NCBI GenBank assembly: GCA_964016885.1
Contig: OZ024742.1
Coordinates: 178,622,001 to 178,686,000 of the forward strand
Reading direction: 5' to 3'
From: Eledone cirrhosa
Lineage: Eukaryota
Length of the DNA stretch: 64,000 bases
The notes beneath the pieces are model-generated. The model was not told where the DNA came from and ran no database searches. It was given only the letters and a program-made list of their open reading frames with translations. The number at the start of each line of letters is the position of its first letter. The first letter of the stretch is position 1. Of the stretch, positions 28,247 to 45,460 are shown one piece after another. The translations under genes were made by a program, and so were the position numbers.

Positions 28247-28782
28247 TCCTCCAGCCATACAAATAATATTAATAATATTTATAAGGATAAAGAAATTATA
28301 CTTATTTGTTTTGCTTTTTTTACCTAGATAAATTAACAGTCGGGAAGGGCGGCGGAGTGGGGATGTAAAAATCTATAAATATTGTGAGGTATGAGTGTGG
28401 GTAAGCTATGAACATAGGGAAACCACACAGAAACCATATTGCAGGGACTGTGGGAGGGGGTTCACGTGAATTAGATTGAGCGTGGTGATGGCGATGGAAA
28501 AATTGTGAAAAATCAAGAATAATCAATCATTTAATAAATAAATAAATAGATAGATAAATAAAGAAATATTTAAATAGAAACAGAAATACGTAAATACCTA
28601 AATAAATACTTAAATAACGAAGATTTTGGAGTTTAATCAGGTAAAATTTGTTGATAATTTAATATAAATAAGGCAATTGAAGAAAGTGTTGTTTGTGTAA
28701 AAATCAGTTTAAAATTTGAGCTGATGGTTTCTTAATTGGTTTGTATCAGATTTTTTAGTAATTTCATTAAAGCACGCACACT

Positions 28783-29028
<246 letters not shown>

Positions 29029-29276
29029 TTGAGAATCTTGTTTGTGTTTCTCTATCAGTGAGTGTGCGAGTGTGTGTGTGTTGCCATTAAAGCATCGGAT
29101 ACACACACACACATATATATATATGTATAAATATATATATGTATATATATATATATACACACACACACATATAGCATATATATACATATATGTATATATG
29201 TATATATATATATATATATATAATATATATATATATATGTGTGCGTGTATATATATATATATATATACACGCACAC

Positions 29277-29313
<37 letters not shown>

Positions 29314-29344
29314 TATACCATATATATACATATATGTATATATG

Positions 29345-29394
<50 letters not shown>

Positions 29395-29586
29395 GTGCGT
29401 GTATATATATATATATATATACACGCACACATATATATATATATATCTACACACATATATATATATATATACACATATATATATACATGTATGTATGTAC
29501 ATATATATATATATAGGGTTGTAACATAAATTCCCGCCGTTGTTATAAAACTTCTTAATAAAAAAACGGTGGAAATCTGTTACAAC

Positions 29587-29669
<83 letters not shown>

Positions 29670-29868
29670 TAGTAAAGATCAGCTGGATTATAGAACCCTC
29701 AGGTAGGATGTTGTTGCGCAAAGTCTTCTGTTTTACGCGTATTTATCCATTAATTTATATATTTATTTATTTATCTAACTATCTGTCTCCAACCCACTCT
29801 CTACCTCTCTCACTCTCTCTCTCTCTCTATCTATCTCTCACTCTCTCTATCTATCTCTGCATCTATCC

Positions 29869-29953
<85 letters not shown>

Positions 29954-30672
29954 CCTACACACACATATATATATATATATCCATTGCATTACGTGAGGAA
30001 GAAGAAGAAAAAATAATTTAAAAAGTAAATAAAAAAGAAAGAAAAAAGAAATGAAGGAAAAAAGAAAGAAAAAAGAAGAAAGAAAGGTGAGACTATAAGA
30101 AAGAAAGCAATCGTAGTAATGAAGCCATTGCAAAATTCGCTGTCCTACCATCGGCAATGTTAAGTTAGAACTGTAACTGCTTTACGAACAGTTGAATAAC
30201 TAATTGCATTTACAGGTTTTCCAAGAAGTCGTTTTCAGAAAAGAGAACTAATGTTTATATGTAAAAATAAAAAAAAAAGATAAAAGATACCATAGAGAAA
30301 TAACAGCCAAGACCAAGGACACTAATAAAGACAAGAAAAATATAAACAAACACAGTAAACGTTGCTTTTATTGTCCTTAATTTTGTTTTGTTTTCTTTTT
30401 CTTTTCTTACTTGTTTTCTTTTTTTATTTATACACAATGAGTGACCCCCGTTGGTGAAAACACTCAAGGTTCTTTTGTGTTTCAATGTTAAACTGTGTTT
30501 ATGTTCTTATTTAAGCCTCACACGTCTGCCCTGAGGTGTCGTTGTGGACTGAATGCCGGCAAAAATAAGGATGTATGTAGGCATGTATGTATGTATAGTT
30601 GTTTGTATGTATGTATGTATGTATGTATGTATGTATGTATGTATGTATGTATGTATGTATGTATGTATGTAT

Positions 30673-31281
30673 GTCAGGTCACCAGTTGGTGCTACTGGTA
30701 ACATGTATTCCAGTACAACCTGTCCCATGGTCGGGTCGTTGGCGACTAAACTGGCAACCCCACCAAGGTTTCTTGGTGAGGAGGGTGACTTTGGACATCC
30801 TGCAGGACTAAAAACAAAACCTGTCAAAGGGCAAAGGAGCTCTTAAGAGTCAATGGCCATCCAAAATCACCGGGAGAGATGACCCCTTAGCCTTTGTCAA
30901 GGCAGAATTCTAGGAGAAGGAAAACTCTGATATAACACCTGCAACCCTGATGGTATCCAATGATGTTGACTTGTTCTTCTTTTTGGTAAATATCATCTTG
31001 GTTAAGAGAGTGGGACTGGCTTTGTGCAGTGCCTTTGCTCACTATAAAAGCTTCACGGCACAGGCATTGCTTTATATCTGGAGATCTCTCTGCACTTATC
31101 GTCACATGGTACCATGGGCCCAGCACTATGTGTCAATAATTATCACAAGTGTAGTGTCTGTACCAGAGTTTTCAAGTCGCTGGCTGGACTAAAAAGTCAC
31201 ACTTGTTCAGCGCATCGGTAGGAGTTCTCCTACATGGATATAAAGTAGTGGTCGTACTCGAAAACGAGTTGGCAGCCACCA
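30673..31281 (+). mobile_element. Non-autonomous RTE derivative (5' UTR plus 3' end), 609 bp
   Basis: Near-identical inverted copy at 59055-59663; 3' part encodes CSVCTRVFKSLAGLKSH zinc-finger relic; bounded by (TATG)n. Confidence 0.8.
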
Positions 31282-31436
31282 TACTTGTATGTATGTATGT
31301 TTGTATGTATGTATGTGTGTATGTATATAAATATATATATAAACATAAAGACGGTTTTGGTGGTAGACTGAGTTTGTATTTAATGTATGTATGTATGTAT
31401 GTATGTATGTATGTATGTATGTATGTATGTATGTAT

Positions 31437-34398
<2,962 letters not shown>

Positions 34399-34414
34399 TA
34401 TGTATGTATGTATG

Positions 34415-34441
<27 letters not shown>

Positions 34442-34448
<7 letters not shown>

Positions 34449-34737
34449 TCATCTTGGTTAAGAGAGTGGGACTGGCTTTGTGCAGTGCCTTTGCTCACTA
34501 TAAAAGCTTCACGGCACAGGCATTGCTTTATATCTGGATATCTCTCTGCACTTGTCGTCACATGGTACAATGGGCCCAGCACTATGTGTCAGTAATTATC
34601 ACAAGTGCAGTGTTTGTACCAGAGTGTTCAAGTCGCTGGCTGGACTAAAAAGTCACACTCATTCAGCGCATCGGTAGGGGTTCTCCTACGTGGATATAAA
34701 GTAGTGGCCGTACTCGAAAACGAGTTGGCAGCCACCA
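34442..34737 (+). mobile_element. 5'-truncated copy of the non-autonomous RTE
   Basis: Matches 30986-31281; (TATG)n on both sides. Confidence 0.9.
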
Positions 34738-34878
34738 TGTATGTATGCATGTATGAATGTATGAATGTATGAATGTATGTATGTATGTATGTATGTATGA
34801 ATGAATGTGTGTATGTATGTATGTATGTATGTATGTATGTATGTATGTATGTATGTATGTATGTATGTATGTATGTAT

Positions 34879-35382
34879 GTACAACCCCTCTCATGGTCAG
34901 GTCGTCGGCGACCAAATCGACAACCCCACCAAGCTGGCTTAGTGAGGAGGGTGATATTTGGACACCCTGCAGGATAAAATACAAGACCCGGCAAAGGGCT
35001 GAGGAACTCATCAGAAACAACAGCCATCCAAATAGTACTATTTTTTTCCTTTTTTCATCTGGGAGTGAAAGGCCCCCAGTTGTTGTCACAACACCTTTCT
35101 AAGAAAGGGAAACTCTGAAAAAACAAAACAAAAAAACCTGCGGCCTCGGAAGCATCCGATGATGTTGACCAGTTCTCCTTGTCGGGTAGTGTTTTTGATG
35201 CTCAGAGAGTGGGACTGGTCGAGTGCAAGGTCTTCCCCCACTTAAAAAAACCCCTTCAAAGCAAGGCATTGCTTGTTTAGGATTTGATGCAGGTTCATGT
35301 GGCTGGCCGTAGCCTAAAAGTGCACCATTTTGTGTAATCTGACAAGCGATTGCAATACTCTTAGCAGAGTTTGCAGCCATCA
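34879..35382 (+). mobile_element. Related non-autonomous RTE derivative (second subfamily)
   Basis: Same 5' motifs (catggtcaggtcgtcggcgac..caaccccacc) and 3' end gagtttgcagccatca(tgta)n. Confidence 0.75.
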
Positions 35383-35706
35383 TGTATGTATGTATGTATG
35401 TATGTATGTATGTATGTATGTATGTATGTATGTATGTATGTATGTATGTATGTATGTATGTATGTATGTATGCATGTATGTATGTATGTATGTATGTATG
35501 TATGTATGTATGTATGTATGTATGTATGAATGTATGTATGTATGTATGTATGTATGGATGTATGGATGTATGTATTATGTCGGGTCATCAGGCATTGCAC
35601 GATAGAATTAATTAATAATTATTAATAATGATATATCGTGCAATGGCCATACTCGATAACGAGGGGGTAGCCATCATGTATGTATGTATGTATGTATGTA
35701 TGTATG

Positions 35707-35737
<31 letters not shown>

Positions 35738-36644
35738 TGATAATTATAATGATTGTGTGTGGTAGACAGAGGAGAACTGCCTGTTTTCCCGGCCAAAATA
35801 AGGCGGCAAGGAGATCTTGCATTTTGAGTTCTTGGGTGGTAGACTTAATCTATTACCTTGTTTAACACTTGTTTAACACAAGAAGAAGAAGAAGAAGAAG
35901 AAGAAGAAGAAGAAGAAGAAGAAGAAGAAGAAGAAGAAGAAAAGGTGTGTAAAACTTACTTCATTGTTATTTTCAGATATAATGTATATAAAACTAGATT
36001 ATCCTTTATTCCTAAATTGTTTGTTTGGAGAGCTGATATTTATCAAGCTATACTGAACATGATTGCGTAAAAAATTATCTTAACAGCTTTTTTTTATTTT
36101 AAAGTTTTACAGCGTCGAAGCCATTGTGCAATGATTGATGACTTTCACCTCGATCTAGACATTATAATATCGTCTTTACTGTTCAGTTGTCAATGGTGTC
36201 CACTTTCCCTTCACAGACATGGTAACAACATCAAATACGATTACATGTAACAGATATGTACTGGAAACACCATTGCAGAGGGAATGAAGATGCCACAAAT
36301 TTTACCATAATTTTAAAGCATTCAGCTTCCCAGTCATTTTTATGTATTAAAGTTATTTTAACATTATTTAAAGTGATCGACCGATAACAAACTAGCGGAC
36401 TAACCAGCATGAGATACTTCTGGTTATTTTAAACAAATATGTTGGCTTAAAATGGTTTTAATTTTGCGGAGTATTTGACTGGTATATATTTTATCGGTTT
36501 AGAAACGCTGAAATATCGGCAATAGGTTTTGAACTAACAACTATGGGGTGGGCAGAGAGTACAAAACACTTCGTCTATACGACCGTGTTGCCTCTACTTT
36601 TCGATTAAACTTATAACAACATTTAGCTGATATTTATATTATCA

Positions 36645-36822
36645 AAGGTGGCGAATCGGAAGAGTCGTTAGGATGTCGGATAAATGATAGCTCAATGTTT
36701 GTTTCGGCCCACTGTGCGCTGAATTCAAATACAGCCGACGTCAACTTTGTCTTTCGTACTTCCGCAGTCGATAAATAAAGTACCAATATTGGGGTTGATA
36801 AATAAAATGCCAGTCAAATACT
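36645..36822 (+). mobile_element. Older tRNA/Meta-type SINE subfamily
   Basis: aaggtggcgaatcggaagagtcgttagg...gaattcaaat...gtcaactttgtctttcgt...gtcgataaataaagtacca. Confidence 0.7.
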
Positions 36823-37545
36823 GGTTCGATTCTTCTTCTTCTTCTTCTTCTTCTTCTTCTTCTTCTTCTTCTTCTTCTTCTTCTTCTTCTTCTTCTTCTT
36901 CTTCTTCTTCTTCTTCTTCTTCTTCTTCTTCCCCCATCTCTCCCTGGAAGAAACCGGCTATGTTCTGACCAGAATAAGGGTAGGCTCGGCAAAATGTAAA
37001 ATACCAAAGACACTCCATTTGTTAGGACGGTTCCCTTACGAATCCACCAAGAGTTACCTTGAACTCTTTTTTATTTTATTGATCGACCTTCTGTCCCTTC
37101 CCACAGAAGTATGAACTGCTTGTAATGAGTTTCGAACTAACAACTGACGAGTTCGGCTTAGATATATAAAACTACGAAACACTTCATCCACACGGCCACG
37201 CCACCTGTTAATGTAATAATTCATTTTTCAACAAAAGATTTTTGTTGTTATTGTCATCGTCGTCGTTGTTACCAAGCAGCAATGAAATTCCATATTTGGT
37301 AAAAGGCCAACAAAAAAACAACCACCTCTACAACACTTCACACACACACACACATACATACACAAACACACACACACAACTATACACACATACACACACA
37401 CACACACTCACACTCATATACACACACACATACACACACTCACACAAATACACACACACATACACGTACACACACACATACACAAATACACACGCACACA
37501 CAAATACACACAAACACACAAACACACATAAACACACGCACACGC

Positions 37546-37616
<71 letters not shown>

Positions 37617-38274
37617 ATCCACAGACAATTATGAAAGCGTGAAAAGAAAAGCTTGCTATTGTAAGAAATAAATTGTACTGGCATTTTTCTAAATATTGGA
37701 ATTTTCAACTAAAATGTTTTTAATTTAATTTGGGCAAAATTTATGAAAAAATATAATTTTTTCCTATTCTCGGGGTAGGTGTGTGGTCTAGGAGAGGGAG
37801 AGGAAGGGTGCTTTTATATCTCTTCTTCCTATTTTTAATTCATTTTCTATAACAATAGAAATACATTTTCCTGTAGTTACTGAGGTTATTTACTTCTATG
37901 CTTGTCTTTTCTTCACATCATCGTCGTCGTCGTCGCTGCTGCTGCTGCTGCTGCTGTTGTTGTTGTTGTTGTTGTTGTTTTGTTGTTGTTGTTGTTAATC
38001 GAGCCGCTGATTTCTGTTTTCCTACAAATTCTAATACACTCTCGTTTTAAAACTCGATATTCAAGTTAATTTTCTTTATACCTTTTAATAGCTATTTTAG
38101 TCTTGTATCGCGGATTGATACCATGCTTAATGTTAGTTGTCTTTTCTCCCCTCTTCCTCTGTTCCCCGTTCTTTCATTCTTTATTTCTCTCCCTTCTCTC
38201 TTACTGCTCCTTTTCTTTCTTTCTCCCCTTCCCTCTTTTGCCTTCTTTCTTCCCCTCTCCCTTCTACAGGCCAC

Positions 38275-38590
38275 TTCCGCTTACAGTACCACTGTTCTTC
38301 CTATCTTGCGACGATTTGAGGTCGATTGGACGCACTCCATTTTTCTCTTTCTCTCTCTCTCTCTGACCTGTCCTAACATAAACATTATACCAACGAAGCT
38401 ATTTATTTCTTCACTGTTACGAACCACCTATTCCTCGTAGTTGTTTCAGTTAAATCGTTGAAACTGCAGGCGGTCTGAAATCTAATGAGTGCATTTTAAT
38501 GTTTGTGATCTCTTCTCACCCATTCTATATCTTCCTTCATTTCATATAATGTGAGTCAACTCACATCGAGCCGCTGATTTCTGTCCTACG
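38275..38590 (+). repeat. Dispersed repeat with internal (CT)n; inverted copy at 63035-63440
   Basis: Shared ttccgcttacagt...ctgacc..tcc.aaca.aaacattatacca...ttcagttaaatcgttgaaactgcagg...tcacatcgagccgctgatttctgtcc. Confidence 0.85.
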
Positions 38591-38974
38591 AGATAATGTT
38601 TAACCCAACGCCCCTTCAACGGCATTATGCTGTCTTAACAGCTTCCTTACGCCGAGTTTTTCTCCTTTTCCTACGAATATTTTACTTTTTTTTATACGGA
38701 AAGGTTAAACTCCGAGGCATAAAAATCTGATGGCTGTTGTTGTATTTTCCGTGGCAAACATATGCACCGAAGGTATGTGTCGTCAGTTCCAAAAATTGTG
38801 GTTGGTCCTACACAAGCCTTCACCACTTAAAACAAAACTTTGTGTGGGTAGTTCAACATCAGTTCACATGAACTTTTGTTGGACACTCATACTTCGTATA
38901 TCGACGGGAGAATCCGTCATATATATATATATAATAAATTGAAAACGAATAATTTAGACTTATAAATAATTTTA

Positions 38975-39040
<66 letters not shown>

Positions 39041-39239
39041 CAACGCGGGACTCTTTTTCAAATTGATATGTTTTATCTTACACATTCGTGTTTGTCTTTC
39101 TTCACTTACCCCCCCCCCCCCCCCCCCCTCCCTCTCCCCCTTCTCTTTCTTTCTGCTCGTCGTGTCTGTGATTTTAGAATTTAACGTCCAAACAAACGGA
39201 AAATACTTTTATTAACGATTGTATATTTTCTGTTTCTTC

Positions 39240-39627
39240 CACCTTTTTTACTTCTTGGCTAATCAAGCAATTGTAAGGGTAGGGGCAAGTTGATTACATC
39301 AACCCCAGTGTGTTACTGGTAATTTATTTTATCGAACTCGTAAGGATGAAAGGCAAAGCTAACCTCGGCGGGATTTGAACTCAGAACGTAAAGGGTCGTA
39401 ACTCTATGTCGCAATGCATGATGTCTGACGCTCTACTGATACTGCCAACCACCGCAATAATAATATTAATAATTGTTTCCTCTTTTGGCACAAGGCTAGC
39501 AATTATCCAGTGCATTACTGGTACTTTATTTTATCGACCCCGTAAGGATGAAAGGCAAAGTTAACCTCGGCTGGATTTGAACTCAGAATGGCAAGGGCCG
39601 TAAAGCATGGTGTCCGACCCTCTACCG

Positions 39628-39630
<3 letters not shown>
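39240..39630 (-). mobile_element. Two tandem SINE copies
   Basis: About 39240-39455 and 39470-39630, both reverse complements of the SINE consensus. Confidence 0.85.
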
Positions 39631-39670
<40 letters not shown>

Positions 39671-39918
39671 TTTCTTTATTAACCACAAGTGTTTACATAA
39701 AGTAGACATTAAGGACAGTGCAGGACAATGCAGGACGGTACAAATGGGCATTTCTGCGTGTAAAAAACAAAAACAGAGGATGTAACAAAAAATAACAATG
39801 AAAAATTCCCCAATAGGGGGGAGACTTCGGAGGGACATTTGTGGAGAAAGCCCAGTAAAAAGCCACAATGACCCTGACCACCAAGGCAAGTGCCCTCTCC
39901 CAGTTTTCCACCTTTAAT

Positions 39919-42900
39919 TTACAGATATATACTCAGAGTAGGCCCATTCACTCGGGCCATTCTTGCTTCTCTCACCCATCTTTCAACAAAATGCTGGGAA
40001 GAGAGCACTTCCCCCTCTACTCTGATTTTCCTTTTCAAATGAAATTTGAAAAAGTCAATCAGAGCATCACCGAAGAGGTAAGTGCTCGTCTTCAGCCCTT
40101 TCAAACGTGTCCACCATACTATCTCTTTCGCCATGGCCACCAGACAGATAAAAACTGCCTGCCCTTCCCGGCTAAAGGAGGAGGGCGGGGCAATCCTCTC
40201 GATGGACTCAGATGATAGCCGGATCCGTCCTAAACGCGACAGCAGGTGTTCGACATAAACCCACAAGTCAGCAATTTTCGGACACTGGACGAGTGCGTGC
40301 AGGACGGTTTCGTCGCCCTGCGCGCATCTCGGACATGCCCGGCTGACGGCACCTCCATGCCTGTAGAGTTTATCCCGAACTGGCAAGGCTCCTCGGTAGC
40401 ACTGCCAGGCCAGAGATTTCTGGAAGTTGTCCATAGGCCCTGGCCCGAAAGTTCTTCCGAAGAGATTGGCTAGTTGATTTTCGTCGACGCCTAGAGTTTC
40501 CCCAAGTACGTCGTCGCTCTTCCCCTCCACTAATCCTCTATAGAACGCCGAGGTGGAGTTTCCACCGATCACATTGCCCGATTGGTCGAGGGCTGTGAGC
40601 GCCTGAAGACATTCCAGTCTCCAGGCGCTCCCTCTCGGTCTTCGCTTGACCCAGGACTGCAGCTCCGTCAAGGAAACGAGCTGGGGAAATACGCGTCGAG
40701 CAAACGGCGACCACACCTGATCACCGTCGAGGAAGAGGTGGAGATGTCGTAGCCTGAGCGCGTGCCTGCGCATCATCAGCCACGGCATGCCCAGCCCTCC
40801 ACGTAGCGGGTGTTGACAACAGATGGACCGCCTGACCATCAGAGCACGTCACTTCCACAAAAAGTGAAAGAGCAAACGCTCCAGCGCAGTCAGGCGAGGC
40901 TTAGGACAAGGTACGACGGTCAGGCGGTAGCAGATGACAGACGCGATGTACGCGTTAGCCACCTCCGCTCGACCTTTCAGGGATAGCTTCCTCTCCGCCC
41001 ATTTCTGGGTGAGAGAAGCCACCCTGCTCGTCACCTCGTCCCAGTTTTTGTCCGTCTGGAGGTCCGGACCGAACCAGACCCCTAGCAATTTAACCGGTCC
41101 GTCCGTCCAGCGTCCGACGACGCTGTTGGACGGCATGGACCTGCCTCTCCAGGTGCCGAGCTGCAGGCCCACTGACTTTTCCTGGTTGATCATTGCTCCT
41201 GTCACCGCTTCGTATTCTCTTAGTGTAGTGCCGATCGCCTCGATGTGTTTGGCGTTCGACACCACTACGGTGACATCGTCCGCATATGCTGACACGGATC
41301 TTCCGCATCCTAGTTCGCGCGGGACGCCCCTCAACGTCTCCAGTTTGTGCAGTAATGGCTCGAGAGTCAATACGTACAAGAGGGACGAGAGGGGACATCC
41401 TTGGCGGACCGAGCGCATGATGTTGAACGGTTCCGACAGGTGACCGTTCACTCTCACCACAGAGCAGATGTCGCTGTGCATGGCAGCGATCCAGCCTCTG
41501 AAGACGGGCCCAAAGCCAGCCGCCCTCAGGACTGCCGCTAGGTAACGATGGTCGACCCTATCGAAAGCTTTCGACTGATCTAAATTGATCAAGGTCCCAC
41601 CCGTGCCAGGTTCCCTAGCTACCCTCTCTACGATGTATCGCATGAGGTGGAGGTTGTCGTGGATGGATCTGTCGGGAATGGCGCATGTCTGCGCCTCTCC
41701 CACCAGACCACCAACGACAAGCGCCAACCTCTTTGCTAGCACCTTGGCCAAAATCTTAAACTCTGTGTTTAGCAGAGTTATGGGCCGGAAATTTTCTATG
41801 TTATCCCCCTTGTTCGGATCCTTTCTCAGCAGTGCCACCGCTCCTCGGCTCACAGAATTGGGAATTCTGCCGTTCTGTTGCCAGTTGCAGTAGACGTCCG
41901 CCAAGAGGCCTCCGAACAAGTCTGGCATCTGTACGTAAAGTTCATAGGGCAGACCATCCAAACCAGGCGATTTACCCCTTGTGCAGCCAGTCATTGCCTC
42001 CCTTACTTCAGCGGCTGTTATCGGCTTTTCGCAACACTTCGCCTCAGTGGCCGAGAGCCGCGGCAGTCCGTCGAGGTAGACACTAAAGTCCATCCCTCGA
42101 CCCGGCCCACCGCTGCCCCCGAACAGCTGAGCGAAGTGTCGCTGAAAAGCTTCACACATTTTCCCGGGATCGAGTAGCATGCGCCCGTCGTGGTCCACCA
42201 AAGACCGGATCGTGGCTTTGTTGCCACGATGCGCCTCCGCCACTCGGGCCCATTGAACGGCTTTCGTCCCCTCGTGTCTGAGAGCACGCACCCTTGCTCT
42301 GACAACGCAGCCTTCGTGCTTTGCATTGAAGAATTGGTCAAGGGCCAATTTCGCTGCAAGCACGTCGGTCGCAATGCCTTTGCTAAGCGCCTCGTCTAAT
42401 TTTCTAACTAATTCTCCCTCTGCTCTATTTTTCTCTATTGCTAAAGCCTTACTAAACCTAATGGATTCTATTCTAATTGCTCTTTTCAGAGCAAACCACC
42501 ACTTGTTGTTGACGATGGTCCCCGTCAACGCCCGCTTAACTAGTTCGCTAATCCGGTCTCTGTAGGCCTTGCGCGCTGGTAAGGACGCGTTTAGCTTCCA
42601 GTAGCCGGGTCCTCGTCTATGAAGCCTATCTAAGTCAAGCACACAGATCACGAATTTGTGGTCCGTGTAGCTGACTATCTTGAATTGTGGACAGCCTATG
42701 CTAGACCTATCTATTTCCCTACAAAATACTCTATCTAGATATGATCTGGATGACCCTATGCGATTTGTCCAAGTCCACATTGGCGCATTCGGGAAATCCA
42801 ATCGGTACCTGTCAGACAGTTCAAAACGCCTGAGCAGGTTGGTGAGGCTCTTGCACCTTCCACCCCTATCCGCTAATCCCACACAGTCCCAGCGTGCATC

Positions 42901-43338
42901 TAAGATCCCGTTCCAGTCGCCCACTAACACTAAAGAGCGGGACGTTCCAAGAAAGGTCTCCAGACGCCGGAAGAAATCAGGCCGCCCTGCTCCTGTCGGC
43001 GCATAGACGGCCACTAGCCTGAAAGCTTGCCCGTCTCCGCTGGTCACGTCCAGCACCACCAGCTTACCCTCTGGGTCCAGGAAGATGGCCCGTATGGCGA
43101 GATCCAAACCTCTCCGAAAAAGCACAGCAACTCCTCCACCCTATCCAGGACGGCTGGGAGATGCGTACACATCGTAGCCGCCGAAGATCGGTGCGAAGGC
43201 CCGTGCTTCGGAGATTCTGGTCTCGCTGATGGCCACTACATCTATGTTTAGTGACCTGAGGTCGTTGAGCAGGTGACCCTGCTTCCATGACGACCCCAAG
43301 CCACGCGCATTTATGCTGCCTATTCTGAGTGAGGTCAT
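39919..43338 (-). pseudogene. Tx1 ORF2 (APE-RT-Zn), about 1139 codons with two in-frame stops
   Basis: ORFs 43141-43338, 40849-43125 and 39919-40839 are in one frame, separated only by TAG (43141-43143) and TGA (40849-40851). Confidence 0.93.
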
Positions 43339-43373
43339 GTTTAAAATAGAGTGGAAAAGATGGGAAAGACCAC

Positions 43374-45460
43374 TTACCGTACTTTTGGTAGAGGAGGGAT
43401 GGTTTTTACATCCCTTTTCAGTTGATCGTCTGGTGAAGGGACCGTTGAATCGTCCCTTCGGCTGGTCGTCGGCTCTTCTAAGAGAATGTCTGAATATACT
43501 CTTCGATTGATGGTTCCTCCTAGGTCCCTGAAATCACCAACTGCGTTGGAGAATTTCGTTTTAATGTTTGTGTATTGTTTCTGTGCTATTTTTAGCAGTC
43601 TTATGTTAGTTGGCGTTTTGATTGGTGCTGGTATTATGTAGTCCTGTTGTGAAATGTCTGTGTGTTCAATTATGTAAGTCATTAGTTTCTTGTTGTGTGT
43701 ATTTATTGCCGTGCATTTGTTTTTCTGGGGGTGGGTGTGGTTCTGCTATTTTCTTGTCGTTGTTGCTGGGTGTGTGTGTTTTGTTGTTGTGTTTGCGATG
43801 TTGGTGCTTGTGGTGGTGGTGTTGAAGGTGTTGTTGGCGGTGGGGTTGTCGCCGGTGGTGATGGTGGTGCTAGTGTGGGTGGTGATGGTGTTGGTGGTGT
43901 TGCTGCTGTGGGTCTCTTTGCAGTAGACTTAACCCTTTTCTCATTTCTTTCCTACCTTTTCAAAGGCGACGATGCGCTGCTTCTGCGTTTGTGCCTTCTT
44001 ACGACCTTTTGCCATCCCTCTCCCACCTCACACTCCATGTCTGATTCTGTGAGGTCGGGGAGGGGTACCAGCTCCACTCTTTCACTTGTTGTTGTTGGAG
44101 TCTTTGTTGCAGCTGCATTTGGTATTGCTGTTGTTGTTGTTAATATTTCCACTGCTGCTGCTGTTTTTGATTTCCGTGGCGTGGGTATGGGTGCCACGGA
44201 CCTATCGTTCCTGGTTGCCGCTTGTCCTGTTGCTGGTAGCCGTGGAGCCGGATTCGGAAGGAGGGGGGTTTTCTCCTTTCTCAGGGTCTTCTCGTTGCAG
44301 AAGGCCCTGAGGTGAGTCTTCGATCCATAGCGAAAGCATTTCGGGCGTTTGCCCTCAACACTTATGGGCAGTTGAGTGCCGTTATCGAAGTCTATCACAT
44401 CCGGGATAGCTTCGATGCACTCCTGGTTGGTTTGGATTAGCATCTCAATGGAGGTGCCGACCCAATCTTCTCTTACTTTTTTCTGTACTTGCAGTACAGT
44501 TGTTTTGTCCTCGATTCCGACGAGGACAGACGCGGCCAGCCAAGAAGGGGCCATTCCGGGGGGCACGTGGGTCAGTTTGACCCTCACAATTTTTTGCCCG
44601 CAGTAGGAGGGCACCAACACCATTTCCTCGCTCCTTAGGGTCACTACTGATTGGGCCTTTGCCTCCTGGGGTGTGGCAAAAAGTACGTCTACGGTGGCAT
44701 ATTTTTTGCCTCGGGTGATGTGCGTTTTCCGCTGCCACACAGACCCCAAGGCTTTTTGTATCTGAGCCTCTGTGGCTCTTTCCACCCTACGGGATTTTGT
44801 ACTTACTGTACGGTACGTGACCGTACAGTGCTGTTGGGTTTCGAAAAATGTTTCCGCTGCCTTGCAGATTGCTCGGTGTCCATTCTTTGTCACCATCTTC
44901 TTCGCTTCCTCTAATTCCTCATTTGTTATGAGGATTGTTTCCAAGTTTTTCGCAATGCCTGCAAATGAGATTGGTTTTTCTTTGCTGCTATTGTTGTTGT
45001 TGTCGTCAGAGCTGCTGGTACTTTTGTTGTTGCTGCAGGTACTACGACTACTGCCTCCGCCGCTGTTGCTGTGTTTGTTGTTGGTGTTGCTGCTGCTAAT
45101 GCTGTTGTTGTTTATGCTGCTGGTGATGCTGTTGCGGCTGCTACTGTTGTTTTCATTGTCACTGTTGCTGTTGTTATTACGGCTGCTACTGCTATTATTC
45201 CTGACGTCAGACGAATGAACTGGGTTTTCGTATTTCCCGCACACCTGTTTCGTCGCTGTCGTCGTCGTCGTGGAGAAACCTTGCACGCTTTGCACGAGAC
45301 TTTTCTTTTCTTTCGTCACTTGCGAAAGAGAAGGGAGGGAGAGAGACACATTTAAAGAAGGGAGGGAGAGAGACAATCTTCTCTCTGCTGTAGTGATGAT
45401 TGAGGAAGAAGAAGACGGAATGAGTGGGAGTGACGTATGAAATTTCTTTTTCGTAGCCAT
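43374..45460 (-). pseudogene. Tx1 ORF1 (N/S-rich, RRM-like region, zinc knuckle, P/T-rich tail)
   Basis: 502-aa ORF with VEGKRPKCFRYGSKTHLRAFC; P/T-rich reading continues past the TAG at 43952, then frameshifts into 43374-43682, which is homologous to the copy A C-terminus. Confidence 0.85.

Noticed and set aside
37144-37190. CTGACGA...GAAAC hammerhead-like spacing
   Set aside because: No stem I; lies in a minus-strand tRNA-SINE-like head whose paralogue at about 36530 lacks the motif.
40934-44315. Plus-strand ORFs antisense to Tx1 copy B
   Set aside because: Shadow ORFs of a GC-rich coding strand and low-complexity ORF1 tail.
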